From NCBI GenBank assembly GCA_963734525.1, contig CAVTHI010000006.1, forward strand, positions 49,740-113,739: 64,000 bases of DNA, written 5' to 3'. The stretch comes from an uncultured archaeon (GTDB lineage: Archaea; Micrarchaeota; Micrarchaeia; Anstonellales; Bilamarchaeaceae). Positions 50,884 to 60,783 of the stretch are shown piece by piece (the stretch's first letter is position 1; the number at the start of each line of letters is the position of its first letter). The notes beneath the pieces were generated by a model. The model saw only the letters and a list, made by a program, of their open reading frames with translations. It ran no database searches and had not been told where the DNA came from. Position numbers and translations under genes: made by a program.

Positions 50884-52143
50884 TCACTCCCCGCTTCCCG
50901 CATCCGCCCTGACTTTCGACATGACGGTCTGGATTTTTCCGGTCCTTCCGCGGGCAATAGAGGGGACCTCCTCGAATTCCACGCGGATTTCCTCGCCCAG
51001 GCACCCGGCCCGGATTCTCGATTCGACTTCCTTGCGTCCTTTTGCCCCGATGCCCCCGGACGGGACGTAGCGGAAAACGAAGAGCGAGGGATTCTCCTGG
51101 ATTATCTGGTATGAAAGCATGCCGGGGATATCGTCCATGAGGTTTATCGAGCGCGCCGAGCGGATTTTCCCGCTCGGGAGCACGAGGATGTCGTCCTGCC
51201 GCCCGCGGGCCACGCGGAGCGTCCGGAGCCCCCGCCCGCATTTGCACGGCGGGCCGAAGGAGCCGCTGTCGCCCAGGCTGTACCTGATGAACGGCATCGC
51301 CCGCCTCCAGAGAGGGGTGACGACAATCGTGCCCGTCTTTCCGCCAGGCACGCCTTTCCCGTCCTCGCCGACAATCTCCACCGCCACCATGTCCTCCTGG
51401 ATGTGCAGGCTGCCTTCCCTGCACTCCCACGCCGCCCACGAGCTCTCCATCGAGCCGTAGCGGTCGAAGACCGGGCAGCCGAACGACGAGGATATCTCCT
51501 TGCGGACCGCCGGCGCGAGCGTTTCGCCGCCCGAGAGCGCGAGCTTCAGCTGGAGATTCAGGCCTTCCGAGGAATTGATGCGGGCCAGCGGGAGCAGGAT
51601 GGACGGGTAGGAGATCAGGATGCCGGGCCGGAGCGAGGCGAGGCGGAGCAGGGTTTCGGTTTCGTCCGCGCGGACGTCCAGGTAGCGGCAACGGAACACC
51701 CCCAGGCGCTGGAGGAGGTTCGGGCGGGACTCGTAATGCGCTATCCGGACCTGCAAATCGAAGAGGCCGGCCCCGCATTCGGTGAGGTGGTGCGTCTCGA
51801 ACGCGACGCCGTATGCGGATTCCGCGCGCGAATAGAACAGCGGGACCTGGATGCCGGTCGAGCCTGACGTGTATGTCGCCTGCAGGGAGCGCCTGTTGAA
51901 TGCCGAGCTTACGAATAGCTCGGCGCTGTCGCGCACCACCGTCTTGGACAGGATGGGCAGGGACTGCAAATCCTCCATGGAGCGGACATCGAATCCGTCC
52001 AGGCTTTTCCTGTAGAACGGGACCGTTGCGCGCGCGTGCGCGATGAGGGATAGGAGCTTCTTTTCGGAAATCCTGCGCAGGGCGCCTTCGCTGAGCCACT
52101 GGTTGCGCTTCATCTGGGAAAGAAGCAGCGGGGTGTCGAACAT
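50884..52143 (-). CDS. PaaK/CapK-like adenylate-forming ligase 4
   Basis: TSGSTG, YGSME, MPFIRYSLGD, CKCGRG, GRQDD. Confidence 0.87.
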   Translation of the reverse strand: MFDTPLLLSQMKRNQWLSEGALRRISEKKLLSLIAHARATVPFYRKSLDGFDVRSMEDLQSLPILSKTVVRDSAELFVSSAFNRRSLQATYTSGSTGIQVPLFYSRAESAYGVAFETHHLTECGAGLFDLQVRIAHYESRPNLLQRLGVFRCRYLDVRADETETLLRLASLRPGILISYPSILLPLARINSSEGLNLQLKLALSGGETLAPAVRKEISSSFGCPVFDRYGSMESSWAAWECREGSLHIQEDMVAVEIVGEDGKGVPGGKTGTIVVTPLWRRAMPFIRYSLGDSGSFGPPCKCGRGLRTLRVARGRQDDILVLPSGKIRSARSINLMDDIPGMLSYQIIQENPSLFVFRYVPSGGIGAKGRKEVESRIRAGCLGEEIRVEFEEVPSIARGRTGKIQTVMSKVRADAGSGE

Positions 52144-52144
52144 T

Positions 52145-53026
52145 TCATCCTCCGTTGGGGAGGGGCTGCGGATAGCCTATGAAGACAAGGCGCAGGTAGA
52201 GCGTGATTTTCCGCATCGTGTTGACATAGGCGCGCTTGCCGAAAACCTCGTAGTGGTTCTCCTCTATCACGCTGAGGATCTCGCGGTAGAGCGTCGAGGC
52301 GAGGGCTATCACCATGCGGACCTCGTTGTGGATCGTCCCGATGCAGCTCATCGCCTCGCGGTAGTACCTGCGGGCGCGCTCGACCTGGAACTTGAGGAAG
52401 TCCATCAGGCCCTCCTTCTTCCGGAGCGAGAGTATGTCCCCGATTGTGAGGCCGAACTTCGCGAGCTCGTCCTTCGGGAAATACACGCGGCCCATGCGGG
52501 CATCCTCGCCCACGTCGCGGAGTATGTTCGTCAGCTGCATGGCTATGCCGAGGCTGACTGCGCAGCGCTTGGAGCGCTTCGCGTTCTCGATGCCGAAGAT
52601 TCTCATCAGCATGAGCCCCACGACGGAGGCCACGCGGAAGCAGTAGCGGCGCAGTTCCGTGAAGGTGCCGTATTCCTTTTTCGAGATGTCCATGCTCACG
52701 CCCTTTATGAGCTCGAGCGGGTATCGGAGCGGGATTTCGTATTTCTTCATGATATGGACGAACGGGTTGAGGACCGGGTCGGATGAATGGCCGGTTTCGT
52801 AGGCCTCGAGGAACCTCCTCTTCCAGTCGCGGATGAGGAGCCTCTGGATTCTCGGGTTGCCCTCGTTGTCGTCGACGAGGTCGTCGGTGTGCCTGCAGAA
52901 CGCGTAAATCGCGTAGAACGCGTTCCTCCTCTCGCGGCCCATGAACCTCGATGCGAAATGGAACGTCTTGGAGCCCCGGCTTATCGAGTTCTCCGCATAC
53001 TTGTAGTCAACCTGCAGATTTCCCAC
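52145..53026 (-). CDS. crtB: phytoene/squalene synthase family protein
   Basis: SKTFHFAS, YAFCRHTDDLVD, YCFRVASVVG, QLTNILRDVGED..GRVY.P. Confidence 0.88.
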   Translation of the reverse strand: MGNLQVDYKYAENSISRGSKTFHFASRFMGRERRNAFYAIYAFCRHTDDLVDDNEGNPRIQRLLIRDWKRRFLEAYETGHSSDPVLNPFVHIMKKYEIPLRYPLELIKGVSMDISKKEYGTFTELRRYCFRVASVVGLMLMRIFGIENAKRSKRCAVSLGIAMQLTNILRDVGEDARMGRVYFPKDELAKFGLTIGDILSLRKKEGLMDFLKFQVERARRYYREAMSCIGTIHNEVRMVIALASTLYREILSVIEENHYEVFGKRAYVNTMRKITLYLRLVFIGYPQPLPNGG

Positions 53027-53061
53027 CTTTCCTCATTGTAATTATATTGCGCTGGAAAGAT

Positions 53062-53914
53062 TTATATCGTCATCTGCCGTTTTGGCCAATCTTTGCGCCT
53101 GCGGCTGTTTTCCAGCGTATGCCCGAGTATGCATGGCGGCGTGCGGATGCAGAACCAGAACTTGCCGGGCAGGCTCATTTTCGCGGATTCGCCGGCGAAA
53201 CCGGTCTTGAGCCTGAATGCCCGCGCAGCGAACAGCATTTCCGGGCCCGCGCCAGGCGGGGAGGCCCCCCCTTCCGCGAGCGCACGGATTTCATCATACT
53301 TGTCGTCGAACGTGAAGAGGACGCCCTTCGCGCACCGGTGCAGGACGCGGTCCGGGGCCAGGACGAAAAGCGGCTGGATGAGCAGGGTGACGAGGAAGTC
53401 GTAGGTGAAGCGGCTGCGCTGGTTCGCGGCCCTGATGATTTGCGGGTCGGCAAGCAGGTTCCTGCCGAAAAGCACCTTCCCGTTCCTGATGCGGCCGCGC
53501 AGCAGCTGCTGCTCGAGGCCGAGGAGGGAGGTAAGCGAGAGGGCGGGCTTCAGCTTGCGCCGCCATCCAACCGGCCCCATGACGTAGAATGGCCGCGCGG
53601 CTAACCCGGCCCCGCCAGCCAGGAACGAAAACCCGTCCGCGAGCTTTCTCCCGTACGAGCGGACGAGCTTGAGATTGTGCCTGCGGTTCTGCTCCCAGAA
53701 CAGATATCGAAGCCGAGCGCTCCACAGCGCTGACGTCACGCTCGTCCTTGAGGATGATGTGCATGTCGATGTCGCTTTCCCCGATTGTGAAATCGCCGCG
53801 GGCCGCGCTGCCGGAAAGGAGGATGCAGTCGATTCTGCCGGGAAATTCGCCAGTGATTAGCCGGACGAAGTCCTTGAGGAACGCATCCAGCGCGGCTTCA
53901 TCTCCCTTGGGCAT
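53062..53914 (-). CDS. minimal-type nucleotidyltransferase-domain protein 1, frameshifted near 53705
   Basis: LSGSAARGDF..SDIDMHII; C-terminal half in a second frame. Confidence 0.7.
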
Positions 53915-53940
53915 GATGGAGCATACACCTTCTGCCTTAA

Positions 53941-54801
53941 TCAGTTTTTGCCCGCGCCCGGCTTTCCCTCGGGGCGCATATGCCTGACGATATTGTGCGC
54001 GAGGATATGGATTGGCGCCGCGAGGCAGAAAAGGACCTTCTCCGGATAGCTGACTGCGGGGCCGGCTTGCAGGATGTGCCGCTTCATATAGACCGCTTCG
54101 CGGGCGAACAGCGGCAGGGGGATTCCCCGGATGATGTCGCCCTCGAATGAGAAGAAAACCGCGCGGAGCGAGCGGCGGAATGCGCGGGACGGGGAGATGA
54201 GCGAAAGCGGAATCATCGCTACGGCGGAGAGCAGGTCGTATGTGACGATGCCGGGATTTTCCACGACTGGAACCTTCGCCGCGCCCTGTTTTTGCGGCGG
54301 TTTCCCGTATATGGCCTTCATCGACATCCGGCCGCTGCTGCGGAGCGATTTGGAGAAGCCGTGCACCCAGTCCAGGCTGGAAAAAAAGTCGCTGGCATCG
54401 TTTTTCGGGGTCGAGGGGCCTACGACCATGAAGGGGGGATAATCCTGCCCGGAAACCTGCCCCGATACGCCTTGCGAGCCTTGCGGTCTGCGCGGACCGA
54501 CCTGGCCCGCACCAATGATTCGCTCGGCGTTTTTCCGGTCCTGCGCCTCCCTGAGCATCATCCCGTGCTTCCTGTCGAGCTCGTGGAAAAGCGCGAACGC
54601 GGCGTCCTTCACCGCCTGCACGTCGGCGTCCTTCTTCACGACCACGATGAGGTCCATGTCGCTGCTGCCTATCTGGAAATCGCCACGGGCCGCGCTGCCC
54701 CCGAGCAGGATGTAATCGACCTTCTGCGGGACGCGCGACTCGAGCTGGGAGACGAAATCCCTCAGGAATGCGTCCGCCTTCACCATGTCGCGCGCGCCCA
54801 T
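53941..54801 (-). CDS. minimal-type nucleotidyltransferase-domain protein 2
   Basis: LGGSAARGDF..SDMDLIVV; paralogue of the neighbouring gene. Confidence 0.75.
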   Translation of the reverse strand: MGARDMVKADAFLRDFVSQLESRVPQKVDYILLGGSAARGDFQIGSSDMDLIVVVKKDADVQAVKDAAFALFHELDRKHGMMLREAQDRKNAERIIGAGQVGPRRPQGSQGVSGQVSGQDYPPFMVVGPSTPKNDASDFFSSLDWVHGFSKSLRSSGRMSMKAIYGKPPQKQGAAKVPVVENPGIVTYDLLSAVAMIPLSLISPSRAFRRSLRAVFFSFEGDIIRGIPLPLFAREAVYMKRHILQAGPAVSYPEKVLFCLAAPIHILAHNIVRHMRPEGKPGAGKN

Positions 54802-54853
54802 ACCTGCCGATTCTCCTGCGCGGTTTAAAAATAACGGATGTGGAAGGGCTTGC

Positions 54854-55586
54854 ATGGCATCAGCGGTGCAGGTGGCGGAGCTTGCGAAGGTCATCAACGA
54901 CAAGATTATCGTGGACCGCATCTCGTTTTCGGTAGAGGAGGGCGAGGTGTTCGGCCTGCTGGGGGCGAACGGCTCGGGAAAGACGACCACGTTCAACATG
55001 CTGTCCGGGCTCCTGGCCCCGTCGTCGGGCTCCATAACCATCCTCGGGAAGACGGTGAAGGAGTTCCGCAAATCGAGGCCGGAAATCGGCTTCGTGACGC
55101 AGGAGGACTCGTTCTACGAGACGCTGACCGTAAGGGAGAACATGGAGTATTTCGCGTCGCAGTTCGGCGTTTCCGGCAACGGACTCGCGCGAGCGCGTGA
55201 AGAAGCTGCTTTCGCAGATGAAGCTCACGGAAAAAAGCGACGTGCTCGCGTCCAAGCTTTCCGGCGGCATGAAGAAGAGGCTCAACATCGCCTGCTCGCT
55301 CGTGCACGACCCGAAAATCGTGTTCCTGGACGAGCCGAGCGTGGGGCTGGACCCCGTTGTCCGCCGGGAAATCTGGGCGGTCATAGAGGAGCTCCATGCG
55401 TCGAAGAAGACGATAATCATAACCTCGCATTACATGGAGGAGATAGAGCGCCTCTGCCGGCGCGTCGCAATCATGTTCGCCGGGAGGATAGTCGACAGCG
55501 GCACCCCCGGGGAATTGAAGCAGAAATACAAGCTCAAGCAGATGGAGGACGTGTTCGCGTACCTCGTCCGGCCGGTGGTCCAATGA
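54854..55586 (+). CDS. ABC exporter ATP-binding subunit, frameshifted near 55195
   Basis: GANGSGKTT, then LSGGMKKR, FLDEP, TSH in a second frame. Confidence 0.9.
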
Positions 55587-57553
55587 AGGCCCTTTCCGCA
55601 ATCAAGAAGGAGGTCCTCGAGGTCGTGCACGACCGCACGATGCTCCTCGTCCTGCTCGCGTTCCCGGTATTCGTCATGGTCTTCATGGGAAGCTCGTTCC
55701 GCTCGATGGAGATAAACGGCCTCCCGATAGGCCTCTCCGGGCCAGAGAACATCAGCGCGAGCCCGCTTTTTGCAGGCCTGAACGAGTCGGCGGCGTTCAA
55801 GCTCCAGAGCTTCAACAGCGAGGAGGACGCCATGACCTCGTTCAGGAACGGCAGGCTGCGGGCCGTCATCGTGGTGCCGCAGGACTTCGAGGAATCGCTC
55901 GGGCGGGGCAACGGCTCGGCGGTCCGCATCATCGTCGACAATTCCGACATCGCGCTCGAGCAGTCGGTCCTCGCCGCATTGTCGTCGGTCATCGAGGCCT
56001 CCTCGCGCGACATAACGAAAAGCTACGTCACATCCGCATGGGACGACCTCATCCTGCTTAACGGCTCGGCCGCGCAGCTTGGCGAGGGATTGGCGCAGAC
56101 TAAGGCGAAGATGAACCAGACCAAGGCCTCGCTGGTGCAGCTCCGCACGGGGATGGGCGGCATCGGCATCGATTCGCTCGAATCGTCCCTCGAAAACGCA
56201 TCGGACAGCGTCGCATCGCTGAAAGCACAGCTCGAGGCGCAGAAGGCCGACCTCGCCAACATCTCCGCGGACAACGACGCCATGCTCAACAAGACGGGCG
56301 CGTTCCTAATCAACGCGAGCGATGCGCTCAACCAGTCGCAAACCACCGTGCAAAGCACGCACGGCAAGCTCAAGGCGCAGGTGACGCAGCTGAACGGCAC
56401 GATTGCGGCGCTCGGCGCGTCGATTGCAGGGTTAGAGGCGATAAAGGCGGGAAGCTCGGACCCGACCGTCATTGCCGCGCTCGATTTCAACATCGCCAGC
56501 CTCCAGTCGCTGAGGAGCACCTCGCAAAGCCAGATGGTTGACGCGCAGGCGGAGATTTCCGACCTGGAATCCCTGAATGACACGCTCGATTCGTTCGCAC
56601 AAGCCCTCGAGGACTATTCCGAAGAGGTGGAAAGCGCGAAGGCGGGCCCGGACAGGACGGCGGAGCTCGCGGCCGCGCTGGATGGCGCCATGCTGAAGCT
56701 GACCAGGCTGGATTCGTCCTTCGAAACGGCCAGGGCCGAGGTGGCCGAGCTCAAGGCTCTCCTTGGCGAGATTAAGTCCACGACCAACGAGATCGACGGG
56801 ACGCTGGACGACGCGATTGCGCAGACCGCATCGGTCGACGCCCTGATAGGCACGCTGCAATCCACCGTGGCCGCCCAGACCGGGAAGGACCCTGACACCA
56901 TCGCCGCCCCGCTTTCGGTGACGGTCGAGAGCCAGTACGAAAAGCCGAGCTTCGTCGACTTCATAATGCCGCAGGTGATTGCGGTGTCGCTCCTGTTCTC
57001 GTGCTTCCTGTTCGGCTCGATAGGCATAGTCCGCGAGAAGACCAGGAAGACCATCGTCCGCGCGCTCCTTGCGCCGGATGCGCTCATGAATCTCGTCCTC
57101 GGTAAGATTGTGACGCTGGTCATGCTGTCTTTCGGGCAGATTGCGGTCATCCTGCTGGTGGCCGTGCTGTTTTTCGGCGTGAACGCCCCGGACAATTTCC
57201 TCATGCTGCTGTGGGGGACCGCGATTTCCTCGCTCGTCCTGACTTCGATAGGCATCATAGTCGGATTCTACGCGCGAAGCGAGTCCGCGGCCATACAGAG
57301 CTGCCTCCTGCTCGCGATTCCGATGCTCTTCCTGGGGAACATCATCTTCTCGCCGGATTTGCTGCCCGCGTACACGCAGGTGCTCCAGCAGCTGCTGCCG
57401 CTTGCGCATGTGACGAGCATATTCAAGGTCGTGCTCATAACGAACGGCGACCCGGCCGTGGACATCGCGGCCCTGCTCTCGTATTTCGTGCTCCTCGCGA
57501 TCATCCTCGCGTATATCGTCTTCAACAGGCGCGACATCACGAACTACATCTGA
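55583..57553 (+). CDS. ABC-2 type permease with long extracellular coiled coil (YhgE/Pip-like)
   Basis: MKALSAIKKE..RT TM1; ~350-aa helical ectodomain; five C-terminal TMs with the REK motif. Confidence 0.85.
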   Translation: MKALSAIKKEVLEVVHDRTMLLVLLAFPVFVMVFMGSSFRSMEINGLPIGLSGPENISASPLFAGLNESAAFKLQSFNSEEDAMTSFRNGRLRAVIVVPQDFEESLGRGNGSAVRIIVDNSDIALEQSVLAALSSVIEASSRDITKSYVTSAWDDLILLNGSAAQLGEGLAQTKAKMNQTKASLVQLRTGMGGIGIDSLESSLENASDSVASLKAQLEAQKADLANISADNDAMLNKTGAFLINASDALNQSQTTVQSTHGKLKAQVTQLNGTIAALGASIAGLEAIKAGSSDPTVIAALDFNIASLQSLRSTSQSQMVDAQAEISDLESLNDTLDSFAQALEDYSEEVESAKAGPDRTAELAAALDGAMLKLTRLDSSFETARAEVAELKALLGEIKSTTNEIDGTLDDAIAQTASVDALIGTLQSTVAAQTGKDPDTIAAPLSVTVESQYEKPSFVDFIMPQVIAVSLLFSCFLFGSIGIVREKTRKTIVRALLAPDALMNLVLGKIVTLVMLSFGQIAVILLVAVLFFGVNAPDNFLMLLWGTAISSLVLTSIGIIVGFYARSESAAIQSCLLLAIPMLFLGNIIFSPDLLPAYTQVLQQLLPLAHVTSIFKVVLITNGDPAVDIAALLSYFVLLAIILAYIVFNRRDITNYI

Positions 57554-57630
57554 ACGGATGGCTTCCGGGCGAGGGGGCCTGCGCCGAAGCAAACCGCAAG
57601 CGGTTTTAATTGCATAGGGGATGCTACTGC

Positions 57631-58116
57631 ATGGCATCGTTGAATCGTCTTGTGTTCCTGATTGCGATATTGGCCGTCCCGCTTTCGTTCGCGGACGTAG
57701 GCCCTGCCCCGGCGCCCCCGAAGGTCGTATTGCACCTCATGGACGGCGGCGCGCCTGCAGCATCGGTCTCGCAGGTGACATACCACTGCATGAATGTAGA
57801 AAGCGCCGAGCCCGGCTCGGTGAACCCTTACCCGGTCGACCTTCCGTGCAATGCAGGCGTCTGCACCAACGACGGGAGCTGGTACTACAAGTTCAACCCC
57901 TGCTTCGGATTCCCTGAGGGCTACCTCACATACGAATACGGCGGAAAGCAGGTGCGGTCCGAGGCGGTCGGCTCGAACAAGAGCTATGACAAGTATGACA
58001 TCACGATAGACGCGCCCACCGGGCAGGTGTCCGGAAACGTCCAGAGCTCGTGCAACCTCACCGGGTTCATCCTGGCCGCGGTAGCGGCATCGGCGCTGGC
58101 ATATTCGCGCAGATGA
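57631..58116 (+). CDS. small secreted, C-terminally anchored Cys-containing protein
   Basis: Signal peptide, ADVGP, C-terminal SSC-hydrophobic-RR. Confidence 0.65.
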   Translation: MASLNRLVFLIAILAVPLSFADVGPAPAPPKVVLHLMDGGAPAASVSQVTYHCMNVESAEPGSVNPYPVDLPCNAGVCTNDGSWYYKFNPCFGFPEGYLTYEYGGKQVRSEAVGSNKSYDKYDITIDAPTGQVSGNVQSSCNLTGFILAAVAASALAYSRR

Positions 58117-58167
58117 AAATGTGAATGCGCAGGCTCAGGCACGGAGCCAAACGCGGGGATTGGGCAG

Positions 58168-58491
58168 ATGGATTTCATTTCCGCATACGCGCTCACGGTT
58201 TCAATCGAGGCCGTGGCGCTCTTCCTTCTCCTCCGCAGGGATTATGGCGCCGCCCTCATCGCCCGCAATGCCGTCCTCGCCAGCTCGCTCACGCTGCCGT
58301 TCGTCTGGTTCGTTTTTCCGGCCCTCGGCCTCTCATGGGGGCCGCAGACCGCGCTTGCCGAGGCGTTCGCCGCCTTAGCGGAGGCGGGATTCTATGCCAT
58401 CGCGTTCAAGGGCATGAAGATGAAGGATGCGCTCCTATCGAGCGTTTTGTGCAACTGGGCGTCGTTCATCATCGGGCTCGCAGTCGCCTAG
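58168..58491 (+). CDS. small 4-TM membrane protein
   Basis: LTVSIE..SSLTLPFVW..AE....AE..N.ASF pattern. Confidence 0.7.
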   Translation: MDFISAYALTVSIEAVALFLLLRRDYGAALIARNAVLASSLTLPFVWFVFPALGLSWGPQTALAEAFAALAEAGFYAIAFKGMKMKDALLSSVLCNWASFIIGLAVA

Positions 58492-58592
58492 TGAGGCGCA
58501 TCGGATGGGCAGTGCGCGGGGATGCACGGGAGTATAGCGGGGGCAGGAGGGGGAAAGGCAGGGTTAAATCCGTTATTGCCGTTCATGTTCAT

Positions 58593-59741
58593 ATGGATGG
58601 TTACAAGGTCACCCCGTGGGAGGTAAGCGGGGAAATCGACTACGACAAACTAATCAAGCAGTTCGGGACGAGCAGGTTGGACACGGCGCTCCGCGAGAAG
58701 CTGATAAGGCTTTCCGGGGGCGACGAGCCCCACCACATGCTGAGAAGGGACTTCTTCTTCTCGCACAGGGATCTGGGCCCGGTGCTCGACGATTACGAGA
58801 AGGGGAAGGGCTTCTTCCTCTACACCGGCCGCGGGCCGAGCAAGGCCATGCACATAGGCCACCTCGTCCCGCTGATTTTCACGAAATGGCTCCAGGACAG
58901 GTTCAAGTGCAACCTTTACATCGAGATAACGGACGACGAGAAGTTCCTCCACAAGCGCGAATACGAGTGGTCGGACATCCAGAAGAACGCGGACGACAAC
59001 ATACTCGACATCGCCGCGGTGGGGTTCGACCCCGAGCGCACGTTCATCTTCAAGGACAGCGAATACGTCCGGAACGTCTACCCGCTCCTCATGAAGACCG
59101 CGAGGAAAATCACCGGCTCGACCGCGAAGGCCGTGTTCGGGTTCGACGACTCGACCAACATCGGCATGCAGTTCTACCCCGCATACCAGGTCGTGCCGAC
59201 GTTCTTCGAGAAGAAAAGGTGCCTGATTCCCGCGGCCATAGACCAGGACCCCTACTGGAGAATCCAGCGCGACATAGCCGAATCGCTCGGATACCACAAG
59301 ACATCGGCCGTGCACTGCAAGTTCCTCCCCCCGCTGCAGGGCATTTCAGGCAAGATGAGCTCGAGCGCGGGCGCTGAGACGGCGATTCTGCTCACCGACG
59401 ACGAGAAGGCGGTGAAGAACAAGATAAACAAGTATGCGTTTTCGGGCGGGCAGCCGACAGTAGAGGAGCACAGAATCAGGGGCGGCAACCCGGACATAGA
59501 CGTCCCCTACCAATGGCTGTCGATACTGTTCGAGCCCGACGACTCGCGGCTCAAGCAAATACACGACGACTACCGCTCCGGCAAGCTCCTGACCGGCGAG
59601 ATGAAAGGCATCCTTATCGAGCGCATCAATGCTTTCCTCAAGGAGCACCGCGAGAGGCGCAAGAAGGCGGAGAAGGAGATTCCGCGTTTCATGAAGACCG
59701 GGAAGCTCGCGGCCGAGATGTGGGGGCGGCTCTATGAATAG
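58593..59741 (+). CDS. trpS: tryptophanyl-tRNA synthetase (archaeal/eukaryotic type)
   Basis: VTPWEV.GEIDYDKL, YTGRGPS..MHIGH, AIDQDPY, KMSSS. Confidence 0.96.
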   Translation: MDGYKVTPWEVSGEIDYDKLIKQFGTSRLDTALREKLIRLSGGDEPHHMLRRDFFFSHRDLGPVLDDYEKGKGFFLYTGRGPSKAMHIGHLVPLIFTKWLQDRFKCNLYIEITDDEKFLHKREYEWSDIQKNADDNILDIAAVGFDPERTFIFKDSEYVRNVYPLLMKTARKITGSTAKAVFGFDDSTNIGMQFYPAYQVVPTFFEKKRCLIPAAIDQDPYWRIQRDIAESLGYHKTSAVHCKFLPPLQGISGKMSSSAGAETAILLTDDEKAVKNKINKYAFSGGQPTVEEHRIRGGNPDIDVPYQWLSILFEPDDSRLKQIHDDYRSGKLLTGEMKGILIERINAFLKEHRERRKKAEKEIPRFMKTGKLAAEMWGRLYE

Positions 59742-60310
59742 CGGCAGGGACGGCAGGATAGACAAGACGCTGAGAAGGCTGGAGCGCATGGTCCGCTCGG
59801 GCGGCCGGTTCCTTCCCATCGTGGGCCCGGAGAAAGGGGGAATTCTATTACCTGGTCGCCAAATCGTGCAAGGCCAGGGATGTGCTCGAGCTCGGCACTT
59901 TGATAGGGTATTCCGGCCTGCTTTTCTCGAAGGCGGTGGGGGCCGGAGGAAGGGTGCTCACTGTCGAGAGGGACGCAGGTTTCGCCAGGGAGGCGGAAGG
60001 CAGCTTCAGGAGCGCGGGCGTCACGAACGTCCGGGTACTCAATTCGGATGCGAGGGACGCGGTCAAAAGCCTCTGCGGGAAGGGAAGGAAATTCGACCTC
60101 ATCATGCTCGACATAGAGAAGGACGAATACAACGAAGTGTTCGAAGGCTGCGTGTGCATGCTCCGCAAAAACGGCATAATCCTCACGGACAACGTCCTGT
60201 GGGACACCAAGGATGTCAAGTCGTTCCGGAAGATGCTGAAGGGCAACAAGGACGTCGAATCGGTGATAATCCCGATTAAGGACGGGATAGCGATGAGCGT
60301 CAAGAGATAA
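59734..60310 (+). CDS. class I SAM-dependent O-methyltransferase, frameshifted near 59835
   Basis: PIVGPEKG joined to VLELGTLIGYS, FDLIMLD, DNVLW. Confidence 0.82.
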
Positions 60311-60378
60311 GATGAATCAGCGGCCAAGGCCGGGGGGAGGACAGGCGGGTAGCGGGCAGGTTGGCGGGGGATGTTTAC

Positions 60379-60783
60379 ATGACTGTTGAAAGGCCGAAAG
60401 CGCTCATTTGCGGCATGCTTGAACTGGAAGGCAAGGCGCTCTTCCTCAAGAGGAAGGAGGCCGGGGGCGAGGGGATAGAGATGCCCTCGGTGTACGGCAT
60501 ACTGAGCGCGGACCCGATATCGCAGCTCGCCGAGGCGTTCAAGAAGCAGACCGGCATCAAGGCGGACGCCGGCCAGGTGGTCCTCGAGAGCAGGCATGAA
60601 TACGAAGGCGCGCACATCCCATGCCTGGTTTTCAGGATGACTCCCATCGATGAGGGCGAAATCGCACCCGAGCCTTCGGGGGCATATTCCGGGTTCGAGT
60701 GGCTGGCGATAGAGGACGCGAAACTGAAGAGGCATGCCCCGAAAGGGAAATGGCTTTCCGAGCCCATCATGAGGGTGGATTAA
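60379..60783 (+). CDS. degenerate NUDIX-fold protein A
   Basis: KALFLKR..IEMP..DPISQLAEAFKKQTGI..GFEWL.IE; Nudix-box glutamates absent. Confidence 0.55.
   Translation: MTVERPKALICGMLELEGKALFLKRKEAGGEGIEMPSVYGILSADPISQLAEAFKKQTGIKADAGQVVLESRHEYEGAHIPCLVFRMTPIDEGEIAPEPSGAYSGFEWLAIEDAKLKRHAPKGKWLSEPIMRVD

Noticed and set aside
54785-57553. 922-aa ATPase-permease fusion in the ORF track
   Set aside because: Artefact of the frameshift near 55195; the ATPase ends at 55586 and the permease starts at 55583 (ATGA overlap).
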